A stretch of DNA of 64,000 nt from the NCBI GenBank assembly GCA_027623325.1, contig JAQBXY010000001.1, positions 67,511 through 131,510 on the forward strand, read 5' to 3'. Origin of the DNA: Gemmatimonadota bacterium (GTDB lineage: Bacteria; Gemmatimonadota; Gemmatimonadetes; Longimicrobiales; Gaopeijiaceae). The notes under the pieces are model-generated. The model had not been told where the DNA came from. It searched no databases and was given only the letters and a program-made list of their open reading frames with translations. This document shows positions 8,716-18,003 of the stretch, piece by piece. The translations under genes and the position numbers were made by a program. The number at the start of each line of letters is the position of its first letter. The first letter of the stretch is position 1.

Positions 8716-10142
8716 GTCGTCTTTTCAAACGTTGCCTCCTCTTCGCGTGCGCCGGCGTCCACGTCGGCTGCGCACCGCCACCACCGGAGGCGGTGTCGTT
8801 GGCTTCGCTCTTTGCCGATGAAATCTCCGTCGTCGATCTGACGCACGCGGTCAGCGCAAATGCGCCGTATTGGCCCGGATCCCCGACGAGCCCGTTCGAG
8901 CACGACACTCTGAGTGCGCACGCCGACGGCGCCCCTTCGATGGCGGCCTACGCCGTGCCGGAGCACTTCGGCACGCACTTCGACGCGCCGGTTCACGGCG
9001 GGATGGGCTTGCCTTCGATCGACCGGATCCCGACCGCCGAACTCTTCGGCCCCGCAGTGATCATCGACGTCCGGCGGCAGGTTGCCCTCGATGAGGATTA
9101 CGAAGTGAGGGTCGAAGACATCCGCGGGTGGGAAGCTAGCCACGGTCCCATTCCGTCGGGTGCCATCGTGCTCATGCGGTCGGGGTGGGCGCCCCGTTGG
9201 TCGCAAGGCTCTGCCTACTACAATCGCGCGGCGGACGGGTCGCTCCACTTCCCAGGCTTCGGAGCGGACGCTGCGCGCTGGCTCGTGCAGGAGCGCGACA
9301 TCGCCGGGATCGGGGTGGACACGGGCAGCGTGGACCGGGGCAACGCGCGCGGATTCCCTGTGCACGGCATCGTCAACGGCTCGGGTCGATACCATCTCGA
9401 GAATCTGGCCGACCTCAGCTCGCTCCCGGAGGCCGGTGCCTACCTCATCGTGGCACCCATCAAAATCGAAGGAGGATCCGGAGGACAGGTGCGGGTCTTC
9501 GCCGTGATTCCCGACCGGGACTCTTCCGACCCATCCGACGAGGTGCGGCCGGTCAGTTCGCGACAGCTGTTGTCCGTCCCCGAACATCCAGACTGGTCCG
9601 AGTCGGCCCCTGACACGTTCCTGGCCACCTTCGAAACCACCCGAGGAGACTTCACGGTCGAGGTGGTCCGGGCCTGGGCCCCGATCGGCGCGGATCGCTT
9701 CTACAATCTGATCCGCCACGGCTATTACGACGACCTGCGTTTCCACCGTGTGGTACCCGACTTCATAACGCAGTGGGGCGTTTCCGGCGATCCCGATATC
9801 TCGGCGGTCTGGTACGATCGCGGCATGCCCGACGATCCGGTGGTGGAGAGTAACGTCCGTGGCACGATCGCCTTCGCCTTCACCGAACCCGGCACGCGTT
9901 CGACACAGGTCTTCGTCAGCATGGTCGATAACTCCCGGCTCGACGAGCAGGGCTTCCCACCCTTCGGTCGAGTAATCGAGGGCATGGAACGGGTTGTCGA
10001 CTCGATCTACTCGGGGTACGGCGAGAACTCGGGCGGTGGTGTGCGACGAGGGGACCAGAGCCGGATCGTATCCGAAGGCAACGTCTACCTCGACTCAGCC
10101 TTTCCCAGCCTCGATCGGCTCATCCGCACCACGATCCGCTAG
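8712..10142 (+). CDS. lipoprotein fusing a cyclase/arylformamidase-family domain to a cyclophilin-type peptidyl-prolyl isomerase domain
   Basis: ATG 8712 overlaps the lutC stop (ATGA). Lipobox: LLFACAGVHVGC. The cyclase motif HFGTHFDAPVH lies in the region from about 8830 to 9500. After an acidic/Ser linker comes a cyclophilin domain from about 9618 (FETTRGDFTVEV...FHRVVPDFITQWG). Confidence 0.8.
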   Translation: MSRLFKRCLLFACAGVHVGCAPPPPEAVSLASLFADEISVVDLTHAVSANAPYWPGSPTSPFEHDTLSAHADGAPSMAAYAVPEHFGTHFDAPVHGGMGLPSIDRIPTAELFGPAVIIDVRRQVALDEDYEVRVEDIRGWEASHGPIPSGAIVLMRSGWAPRWSQGSAYYNRAADGSLHFPGFGADAARWLVQERDIAGIGVDTGSVDRGNARGFPVHGIVNGSGRYHLENLADLSSLPEAGAYLIVAPIKIEGGSGGQVRVFAVIPDRDSSDPSDEVRPVSSRQLLSVPEHPDWSESAPDTFLATFETTRGDFTVEVVRAWAPIGADRFYNLIRHGYYDDLRFHRVVPDFITQWGVSGDPDISAVWYDRGMPDDPVVESNVRGTIAFAFTEPGTRSTQVFVSMVDNSRLDEQGFPPFGRVIEGMERVVDSIYSGYGENSGGGVRRGDQSRIVSEGNVYLDSAFPSLDRLIRTTIR

Positions 10143-10244
10143 GTGTTCCTACGCCCGTGAATCGGTCCGCCGTCGCTGGCGACGCCCGCATTCACCGGCC
10201 ATGTTGGCAGCTCCACCCCACTTTGCCCCCTGGCCCGAGCCCCT

Positions 10245-11588
10245 GTGACTACTGACGCGCAGCAATACAAGCTCAATCGGGTTCTCCGTGTCCGCGACGG
10301 TTGGGCTGTGACGGTAGGCATCGTCATCGGCGCCGGAATTCTCGGAACGCCCGGGTTGATCGCCGGTTACCTCGGCGATCCGTGGATCATCCTGGGTCTT
10401 TGGGCGTTCGGTGGCGTAGTGGCCGCACTCAGTACGCTCGTGCTCGCCGAAATGGCGGCCGCGCTTCCCGAGGCGGGTGGCAAGTACGTCTACGCCCGGC
10501 ACGCGTGGGGCCCAACCATGGGCTTCGTGGCGGGCTGGTCGGAACTCATCGTGTCGCGTGGTTTCAGTGGTGCCTCGAAGGCAGTCCTAATCGCCACATA
10601 CATCCTCACGCTGAACGGCAATCGGGGATCAGTCCCGATCGTCGCCCTCGCGGTGGTGCTCGGCTTCTTCCTCCTCCACACTCGCGGTCTCAGGGCAAGC
10701 ACAACGTTCCAGAACGTCACGACGGCTGTTAAGGTGCTGATTGTTCTTGCCATCGCCGGCGCGGGAATCTGGGGGGGTGATCTCGCAGGCTTCACGGCGG
10801 CACCCTTGATCACGAGCAGCGAGACGGTCGGCCTCTTGGGCTACGCCCTCGCCTATCAGTCGATCTCCTTCGCCTACTACGGCTGGGAGGATGCCGCCAA
10901 GATGGCCGAGGAGGTAAAGGATCCCGGCGTGGCGCTTCCGCGAATCCTTCTCGGCGGCGCTCTGGCAGTTATGGTGCTCTATATCTTGATGAACGTCTCC
11001 TTCCTGGCCGCGCTCACGCCGGCTGAGATGGCGACTTCGGATCTGGTCGCTGCTGACGCGATCGCTAGCGTGTTCGGCGGCTCCGCGGGAACGGTGGTGG
11101 TGGTTGCCAGCCTGCTGATTCTCATCAGCAGCGCGAACGTCAACTTCCTCGGGTTACCCAGGGTCGCCTACGGGCTCGCTCAGCACGGCCTCGCGCCGCG
11201 CGCGTTCTCGCGGGTGGACGAGCGTGGCACACCACGAAACGCGCTGATCTTCATTTCTGCCTGGATCGGACTTCTCGCACTGACCGGTAGCTTCGAGATG
11301 TTGATCCGATTCATGATGACCGTCGCGATCACCGTCGATACCATGGTGCTGCTCGGCTACTTCCGACTGCGCGCGAAACGCCCGGATCTCGAGCGACCGT
11401 TCCGGATGCCCGGACACCCCTGGCTGCCGGCCCTCACGATCGTCCTCTACATCATGATCCTGGTGATTCTCGTGTCGACCCAACCGCAACTCGCGGCGGG
11501 GGCGTGGACGATGCTGGCCGCCATGCTCGTCGCGGGCGTCATCACCGTCCGCGGGTCGTCGGGCTCGCGGGGCGCCGCATCTGAATGA
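10245..11588 (+). CDS. APC-superfamily amino acid permease
   Basis: GTG start. About 12 hydrophobic segments. Typical APC N-terminus (WAVTVGIVIGAGILGTPG...LAEMAAALPEAGGKYVY). Confidence 0.85.
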   Translation: MTTDAQQYKLNRVLRVRDGWAVTVGIVIGAGILGTPGLIAGYLGDPWIILGLWAFGGVVAALSTLVLAEMAAALPEAGGKYVYARHAWGPTMGFVAGWSELIVSRGFSGASKAVLIATYILTLNGNRGSVPIVALAVVLGFFLLHTRGLRASTTFQNVTTAVKVLIVLAIAGAGIWGGDLAGFTAAPLITSSETVGLLGYALAYQSISFAYYGWEDAAKMAEEVKDPGVALPRILLGGALAVMVLYILMNVSFLAALTPAEMATSDLVAADAIASVFGGSAGTVVVVASLLILISSANVNFLGLPRVAYGLAQHGLAPRAFSRVDERGTPRNALIFISAWIGLLALTGSFEMLIRFMMTVAITVDTMVLLGYFRLRAKRPDLERPFRMPGHPWLPALTIVLYIMILVILVSTQPQLAAGAWTMLAAMLVAGVITVRGSSGSRGAASE

Positions 11589-12124
11589 GCCGCCCCCTCG
11601 CCACCATTCGGGGACTCGTCAATCTGGGCATCACGCACGTCGTAGGCATTCCGGACAACTCGTCGGGTGCGCTCTTCGACGAGGTCGTGCGGCATCCGAC
11701 GATTCGGCTGGTCACCGTGACTCGGGAAGGCGAAGCGTTCGCTCTCGCCACCGGCCTGTGGCTGGGAGGAGCGTCGCCATTGGTGGTCATCCAGAACACG
11801 GGTCTTCTGGAATCGGGTGACAGCCTGCGAGGAACAGCCGTTCGGGCAGCCGCACCGATCCCGATGCTCATCACGGGCCGCGGTTATGCCAAGATGGAAC
11901 GGGCCGGGCTCACCCCGGATACCCCCCTCACGTTGGACCTGCTGACGAGAGCCGACGTGGACTCGGTCGCGCTTCTCACAGAGCCCACGCTCACGGCGTG
12001 GGGCATACCCTTCGTGCGCTGCTCGGGTGCGGACGAGCCGGTCGCTGCGGTCGCATCAGCGGTGATGGACGCAAGAGAACACAGCCGTCCAACGGCAGTG
12101 GTTATGCTGCGGGAGCTTGCCTGA
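11585..12124 (+). CDS. ThDP-dependent decarboxylase, alpha subunit (sulfopyruvate/phosphonopyruvate decarboxylase ComD-like, pyrimidine-binding domain)
   Basis: ATG overlaps the permease stop (ATGA). GIPDNSSGALFD...VTREGEAFALATG matches the N-terminal ThDP PYR domain with the catalytic Glu. Confidence 0.7.
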   Translation: MSRPLATIRGLVNLGITHVVGIPDNSSGALFDEVVRHPTIRLVTVTREGEAFALATGLWLGGASPLVVIQNTGLLESGDSLRGTAVRAAAPIPMLITGRGYAKMERAGLTPDTPLTLDLLTRADVDSVALLTEPTLTAWGIPFVRCSGADEPVAAVASAVMDAREHSRPTAVVMLRELA

Positions 12125-12126
12125 GC

Positions 12127-12720
12127 ATGCTGACGCTCGCTCAGCTCCTCGAGCCCCTGAGCCGGCATCGCACGTCGGAAGTCGTAGTCACAACCATGAG
12201 TGCCGTCCGTCCGTGGGGCCTCCTCTCGGACAGCGACCTCGACTTCGCATCCGCCGACAGCGCCATGGGTCACGCCGCCGACCTGGCTCTCGGCGTCGCA
12301 CTCGCGGTCCCTAGTCGGAAGGTCGTGTGCCTGAACGGCGATGGTAGCATGCTCATGTGCCTCGGAACGCTGGCCACGGCGGTCGAAACTGCAGCCCATA
12401 ACTTCATCCTCATCGTGTCGGACAATGGCGAGTATGAAATCACGGGTCACCAACCGGTCCCGGGGAGCGGTCGGGTGGATTACGCGGGACTCGCCGAAGC
12501 CGCGGGCTTTCGGCAGGTCCATCGCTACGACGACGCCCGAGAATGGGCGGCGGCGGTCCCCGAGATTCTGACGAGCCTGGGCCCTACGTTCGTGCACGTC
12601 GAGGTTGAGCCGGGCAACCAGGGGCCCATCGGTCGCGATGGCTCGGAAGCGGCTCGCTACCTGCAGCACTCGCTCGCGGATTGGGCTCGCATCTTCCGCG
12701 GCGCCCTTGCCGCACGTTGA
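12127..12720 (+). CDS. ThDP-dependent decarboxylase, beta subunit (ComE-like, diphosphate-binding domain)
   Basis: ATG lies 2 nt after the alpha-subunit stop. ThDP motif GDGSMLMCLGTLATAVETAAHNFILIVSDNGEY. Confidence 0.7.
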   Translation: MLTLAQLLEPLSRHRTSEVVVTTMSAVRPWGLLSDSDLDFASADSAMGHAADLALGVALAVPSRKVVCLNGDGSMLMCLGTLATAVETAAHNFILIVSDNGEYEITGHQPVPGSGRVDYAGLAEAAGFRQVHRYDDAREWAAAVPEILTSLGPTFVHVEVEPGNQGPIGRDGSEAARYLQHSLADWARIFRGALAAR

Positions 12721-12826
12721 AGTGCACCAGGTGCCCGGGGCCTAACGAACCCAGGGCTCGCATACTCCAAAGTACCGAGGGATGAGGAGGGCTCGTCCCA
12801 ACCTACGTGGGTGCGGAGGAATCGAA

Positions 12827-13459
12827 ATGAGACTTCGGATGAGCGGGATGATCGCTCTGGGCGCGCTGATTACGATCGGCGCCAACGACATAGCAGGACA
12901 GCAGGGGCAAAATCGCAATCGCGGGGAGGTCGCGATGCGAAGGGGTCAGGGCGTGGAAGCGATCATGCAAATGCGTGAGCAACTCGAGTTGACCGAAGCT
13001 CAGCTCTCCTCGCTCGAAGAAATTCGTCGGGAGACGATTCAGCGGCGCGTTGCCACGCTCGCAGAAGCGGCCGAGGTCCGGTCACAGTTCTCCGCAGGGC
13101 AGATCAAGCGGAGCGAGATGATGGCGTTCATGGAGGACCGACAGGAGGCCAACGCGGGAGTCACCGAGGCGGTCCGCGAGCGCGTCAGCGGTATTCTTAC
13201 CGAGGAGCAGCAGGCTTCCCTGCAGGAGATCGGGGCCCGACGCCAGGCCTTCGCTCGGGGACAGGCGCGTGGCAACCGCGGTGGCGCGGCCGGCGTCCGG
13301 GCTGGATTCCGCGGGCGCCCCGGTGCAGGAATGAGGCCCGGGCGCGGCTTTCGCGGCAGGGGTGACGGCGCTGCAGCACCCGGAGCTGGCTTCGGCCGGG
13401 ACGGCGGACAGGGGTTCCGCGGTGCCCGTCGTCCCGGAGCACCTCGAATCATCCGGTAG
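12827..13459 (+). CDS. periplasmic Spy/CpxP-like LTXXQ-motif protein with Arg/Gly-rich C-terminal tail
   Basis: GGAGGA sits 6 nt upstream of ATG 12827. Signal peptide MRLRMSGMIALGALITIGA. LTEAQ and LTEEQ motifs in a helical region. The last ~70 aa are RG/RGG low complexity. Confidence 0.6.
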   Translation: MRLRMSGMIALGALITIGANDIAGQQGQNRNRGEVAMRRGQGVEAIMQMREQLELTEAQLSSLEEIRRETIQRRVATLAEAAEVRSQFSAGQIKRSEMMAFMEDRQEANAGVTEAVRERVSGILTEEQQASLQEIGARRQAFARGQARGNRGGAAGVRAGFRGRPGAGMRPGRGFRGRGDGAAAPGAGFGRDGGQGFRGARRPGAPRIIR

Positions 13460-13460
13460 G

Positions 13461-15407
13461 CTACCTCACCGAGTTGGGCAGACCGAGGAGGTGGCTCTCA
13501 GCGAGCAAGCCCCCCTGTTCGCGGAGCCACTTCCTCAGGTCCCCAATATCGTACTGGCCGTTTCCGTTTCCGCGATCGTCCAGATATGCCAGCTCCCCCG
13601 GTGTGAGCGGCTCTTCGCTCGACAGTAGGAATCGCTGAAGCAGATTCACGACCGAGACCGTCCATTCGGTCGGAGCGTTCAACACCACCGCGATCACGTC
13701 GGAGACCTGTCCCAGGGCATCCCTGACCGCGTAGGAATATTCGTGCGGTCCGGCCTCACGGACCGAGCCCACTAAGAGCAGCTCATCCCCGGCGGCCTCC
13801 AAGGATAGACCTGCCGGCAATGTCCCCACGCCCGTGTACGGACCCGTTCCGCCCGCAATCCGAACCGGCTCGGCGAACGTCCGCACCTGAGTCACCTCGA
13901 AGGGCTCAGCGGGAGGGATCAGTCGGGGGGTTCGGCCCGTCGAGATGATCAACCGTGCCTTCGGGCCGTCGACGTAGACTTCATGGACCACAACAGGCGT
14001 CCGGGCGCCGTTCGTGCGCCGGAGCCGAGGGGTCGTTTCAGCATTCAGCTTCCCGCTGACGCCTCCGACCCCCCACGCGTCTCCGATCTCTCCGCGGCTA
14101 CCACCCTCGGCCGCCAACTTCAGCAGGCTCCCGTTTCCGTCCTGCTCGAGCATCGTGAGAAAGTACGGATTCCCCGAAGTCGGGTTCGGATAGCGCGATG
14201 CCGTCAGGTCCTGTTGGTACAGGAGAACGCCGGCACCCGGCAGCTGAGCGTCGAATCCGATCAGGTCCCGGAACTCGGCGATCAGGAACTCATTCCCGTC
14301 ACTGTCCAGGGGGACCCTCAGCGCCATTCCGGTCGTCTCCGTCGGATCGAGGATGATCTCTTCGTTCCAGACCTCCCCGACCTCCAGGTAGTCGAGCCAG
14401 CCGAGCGTCCACTTGGAGTGCGCCATCATGTGCGTTGGCCCGAAGGGCGTTCGAACCTCGGTGACCGGGCCGCAGCCCCAGGCCCCGGCGGCCATCAAGG
14501 CCCAACAACCCATCACCCACCGACGCCCGTAGGGGCCAAGGCTCGAGTCGATCCAGTGATAGTAGTCCGGCAGCCCTAGCGCATGTCCGAACTCATGGGT
14601 GATCACGGCCGCGTCTTGCACGACGTCGCCTGAACAGGCTGCCGCACTCTGCGTGATGTAGTCCTGTACGAAGATCGTGTCGCCCGAGATGCCCAGGTCA
14701 TCGGTCTTGTAGGGCTCCCCCGTTCGACCCTGCAGGCTCGAACGATGTGGCCAGATGGCCGGGCCACCGCATGACGCCGCTACCTCCAGATACTCGAAGG
14801 TGATGACATCGACGAAACCATCGTCGTCCCCACTATTGGCCACGCCGTCTGGCCCATCGTTGTCGTACTGCGAAAAGTCCACCTCGCCGTCGATCGAGTC
14901 GAGCGCCTCGGTCAGGTATTCGGCAATACGCGCATCCGGTCCGAAACCACGATCGGTACCGACCACCTGAGCCATCGTGAGGCTGCCTCGTGCCCACCCG
15001 TAGACATCGCCACCGACGTCCAGAGCTCCACGCGACATCTCGAGATACGCCTGGGTGATCGTCCCCCGCTCCGCGGGTCCCGAGAACAGCGCGGCTTGAA
15101 CCATCTCCCGCGTGATGTGTGGCTCCTGCGGCGAGTCGGCGAACAGAGCGAGGACGACCGGGAGCCTCACCTCACCTTGCGCAGCCGTACGGCCGACCTC
15201 GGCTCGGCCAAACAGCCCGTGCTTGAACTCGTAGAGCGTCGGGTCAGCCCGCACCTGCCGAAAGTACGCTTCCGGAAGGGGGATGCCGCGAAGGCGCGAT
15301 GCCGTTTCGATGTCCTGACCTGCGGCCTCGCTTGCGAAGGCGGAGACAACGAGTGCGGCGATCGCTATGCAGACCGCCGCCCGCGCCGGTACCCCGCACC
15401 GACTCAT
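13461..15407 (-). CDS. secreted M6-family (immune inhibitor A-like) zinc metalloprotease
   Basis: Signal peptide. HEFGHALGLPDYY zinc motif. C-terminal Ig-like segment. Terminal dockerin/EF-hand-like DDRGNGNGQYDIGDLRKWL. Confidence 0.75.
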   Translation of the reverse strand: MSRCGVPARAAVCIAIAALVVSAFASEAAGQDIETASRLRGIPLPEAYFRQVRADPTLYEFKHGLFGRAEVGRTAAQGEVRLPVVLALFADSPQEPHITREMVQAALFSGPAERGTITQAYLEMSRGALDVGGDVYGWARGSLTMAQVVGTDRGFGPDARIAEYLTEALDSIDGEVDFSQYDNDGPDGVANSGDDDGFVDVITFEYLEVAASCGGPAIWPHRSSLQGRTGEPYKTDDLGISGDTIFVQDYITQSAAACSGDVVQDAAVITHEFGHALGLPDYYHWIDSSLGPYGRRWVMGCWALMAAGAWGCGPVTEVRTPFGPTHMMAHSKWTLGWLDYLEVGEVWNEEIILDPTETTGMALRVPLDSDGNEFLIAEFRDLIGFDAQLPGAGVLLYQQDLTASRYPNPTSGNPYFLTMLEQDGNGSLLKLAAEGGSRGEIGDAWGVGGVSGKLNAETTPRLRRTNGARTPVVVHEVYVDGPKARLIISTGRTPRLIPPAEPFEVTQVRTFAEPVRIAGGTGPYTGVGTLPAGLSLEAAGDELLLVGSVREAGPHEYSYAVRDALGQVSDVIAVVLNAPTEWTVSVVNLLQRFLLSSEEPLTPGELAYLDDRGNGNGQYDIGDLRKWLREQGGLLAESHLLGLPNSVR

Positions 15408-15781
15408 CGACCGAACTCCACTACATAGGCGGTGAGTACCGACCGCAGTTCATCATCGGGGCCCGCAACCTCCTGCACGATGGCCTGGGGCGGCTGGGTG
15501 GTGTCCGCCACGGCCAACTGGAAGGAGAGGTCCCCACCTTGCTGATTGATGAGCACGATCTGCATGGACCCCGCGCCGGCCCGCGTGTGGACTTCGGTAG
15601 CCCCGACGGCGGTGACGGCCCCTATGCCCTCTCCCACGAGGATGACCAGAGCGGCCCCCTCGGCCCCGTTCGGCGACATGAGGGTCGCAGTCAGGGTCCC
15701 CGGTCCGGACAGCGGGCCCTCGTCGGCGCATGCGACGAGGCCGGCGAGGATCAGAATCGGAAGCGCTCGAAGAGTTCTCAT
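15404..15781 (-). CDS. small hypothetical lipoprotein
   Basis: Lipobox ILAGLVAC|ADEG. Its stop overlaps the M6 protease start by 4 nt. Confidence 0.55.
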   Translation of the reverse strand: MRTLRALPILILAGLVACADEGPLSGPGTLTATLMSPNGAEGAALVILVGEGIGAVTAVGATEVHTRAGAGSMQIVLINQQGGDLSFQLAVADTTQPPQAIVQEVAGPDDELRSVLTAYVVEFGR

Positions 15782-15887
15782 CGGATTCCAGATTGGAAGA
15801 CCATCCTTCGAAGAGGTACGAGCTGGCCCATCGACGATTTCGGACCGCGCCCAAATTTAACCTCTCGTGGCCGTCCCCTGCCGGCGT

Positions 15888-17906
15888 TTACGAGACGGGG
15901 CGCTCTGCGGGTCTCATCTTGACCGACCACATTCCGGAGTTGATGTCCGCGAAGAAGATGTTGCCCTTCCACGGCATTACTCCCCAGGCTGCGGCCGCGT
16001 TCGGAATGTACCCGAGCGGGTCGTACGCCTTGAAGACGGCGAGCTCTCTACCTTGCGTGTAGAGGTTGCCCATCAGGTCGCCCGAAATGTCGACCATGCG
16101 AATACCCCCCTCGTAGTACGCCTGATAGAGCACGTCGTCCTCCACCCACATGTTGTGGGTCCCGTACTCACTCGCTTCGTAACGGGCCAACTGCACCGGA
16201 TTCATGGGATCGCTGAAATCCACGATCTGGGTGTAGCCCGACGTTGCCCGCGGGTAGCCGCCCTTTCCGGTGGCCGGATCGTACTGTTGGCGATGGTCCG
16301 GTCCGGTCCCTTCCCAGGCGAGCCCTTCCCGCTGAACCCGCTCGTCCCCGACGATCAACAAGAAACGACCCGTCGACTCTTGATAGTAGGGGAAAATGGC
16401 ATGCGTGGATCCGGTCGTGAGCGGAAACGACGTCACGAACGTCGGATTCTCGATGGAGCCACCGTACCGACCGTTTCCGACGTCGACGACCACAACTCCC
16501 GTCTCCCACTCGGCGGAATACGCGAGTCCGTCGTGCACCCACACATCGTGGACCCGTGAGTTCGGGTGGTTGTACTCGCTGACGAACGTTGGGTTTGCGA
16601 GATCGCGGACGTCGAGGATGACGTACTTGTCCCCGCCAGCCAGCACGAAGAGATAGTCGTTCGTCGCGAACATGTTGTGGACCCCGCCCGTGACGCCGTT
16701 CCCCTCGAAGGTCGAGGCGACGCGCGGGTGCGCAGGGTCGGCGAGGTCGAGAATCACCACGCCGTCGCGTCGGTTCGAGGCACCCTCGCGCGAAATCGAC
16801 GCGTAGCGGCCATCAGGTGATGCCTTCACGTCATTCGTGGTGCGCGCATCGACTTGAATCGAATCCGTCTTGAAAATGTTGGTTGGGTCCGTGACGTCCC
16901 AGATCATCGAGATCCCGTCACCATTCTTCGAGCCCGTGATTCCGTAGTCTCGGCCGTCCACGCCCTCCCAGATCCAGAGATCCGTGGTAAACACCCGTGA
17001 CTCCCTGCCCTGACCGACGATGTCGAGTTTCCGGACCGCGTTGCGCGAAACCACCCGGAAGGAGAACTCGGCACGTGCGCCTCCGGTCGAGGCCACCGCC
17101 GTGTACACGCCCGGGACGTCGGCGACCATGCGGCCGTCGTCGATCTGGGCGGGCCCGGCAGGTGCCCGGATCGAATCGTCGGGCTGATAGAGGTAGCTCC
17201 ACGAGATCGGAGCGTCGTCGATGACTCGGTCGCCCTCACCTCGAGCCACCGCGGTGAACGATTGCACGTCACCGGTGCGGACCTGCTGTTGGCCGCCGGA
17301 GATGTCGATCCGCGCCACGGGGGTGGTCGTAGAGGAGTGCGCCATCGTGCCCCTCACGCCTTCGACCGACCCGGTGATCACGACCGTACCCGACCTCATG
17401 CCGCGCACGTTGCCAAAGGCGTCGACGGTCGCAACGGTCGGGTCCGAACTCACCCACGAGACCTCGGGGTAGGGTCGGGTCGACCCGTCCACATGATACG
17501 CGACGGCGCGGTGCGGCACCCGCGCGCCCTCGAAGAGCCGTTCTCCTCCCGTTGTGATCTCCACCCGGGAAATGGCTGGCCACCCTACGATCACCGGGAC
17601 CTGCAGGGTGATCGGATCACTTCCGTCTTCGGGCACCGTGGAGACGAAGATCTGGTACTCGCCCGCGGCCAAACCGGTCACGCGCCCGCTTTCGACGCGC
17701 ACGCCACCCCGTGCTCCGGCGACTCGTAGCGGCGCCTGGATCAGCCGTCCATCTGCCCCGAATGCCTGGATTGACAGAGCGACAGAGGCTCCGGCCGTCA
17801 CTTCGACCGTTCCCGGGTTCGCGACGAGTCGGGTCACGGTCTGGCCTGTGACCGCCACAGGCTGGACGAACGCGAAAACTGCGGCCCCAATGAGCAAGCG
17901 ATTCAT
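15888..17906 (-). CDS. secreted Big_2 (bacterial Ig-like) repeat + LVIVD-repeat beta-propeller protein
   Basis: Signal peptide MNRLLIGAAVFAFVQPVAVTGQ. N-terminal Ig-like repeats. The C-terminal half carries LVIVD-type repeats (YLFVLAGGDKYVILDVRDLANP, VVVVDVGN, IRMVDISG). Confidence 0.7.
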   Translation of the reverse strand: MNRLLIGAAVFAFVQPVAVTGQTVTRLVANPGTVEVTAGASVALSIQAFGADGRLIQAPLRVAGARGGVRVESGRVTGLAAGEYQIFVSTVPEDGSDPITLQVPVIVGWPAISRVEITTGGERLFEGARVPHRAVAYHVDGSTRPYPEVSWVSSDPTVATVDAFGNVRGMRSGTVVITGSVEGVRGTMAHSSTTTPVARIDISGGQQQVRTGDVQSFTAVARGEGDRVIDDAPISWSYLYQPDDSIRAPAGPAQIDDGRMVADVPGVYTAVASTGGARAEFSFRVVSRNAVRKLDIVGQGRESRVFTTDLWIWEGVDGRDYGITGSKNGDGISMIWDVTDPTNIFKTDSIQVDARTTNDVKASPDGRYASISREGASNRRDGVVILDLADPAHPRVASTFEGNGVTGGVHNMFATNDYLFVLAGGDKYVILDVRDLANPTFVSEYNHPNSRVHDVWVHDGLAYSAEWETGVVVVDVGNGRYGGSIENPTFVTSFPLTTGSTHAIFPYYQESTGRFLLIVGDERVQREGLAWEGTGPDHRQQYDPATGKGGYPRATSGYTQIVDFSDPMNPVQLARYEASEYGTHNMWVEDDVLYQAYYEGGIRMVDISGDLMGNLYTQGRELAVFKAYDPLGYIPNAAAAWGVMPWKGNIFFADINSGMWSVKMRPAERPVS

Positions 17907-18003
17907 GGTCCTACTCCTGCATCGGTTCCCAACGTACGGCTAATTCGGCGGAATCTGTGTGATAGCCGACGGCGGGCTGCCGAGCAAGGCGCCGCTCCGG
18001 GAC

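Noticed and set aside
13260-13440. Repetitive GGC/CGG-rich DNA, considered as a tandem repeat or CRISPR-like array
   Set aside because: There is no repeat-spacer periodicity. It is the coding sequence of the RG/RGG low-complexity tail of the Spy-like protein.
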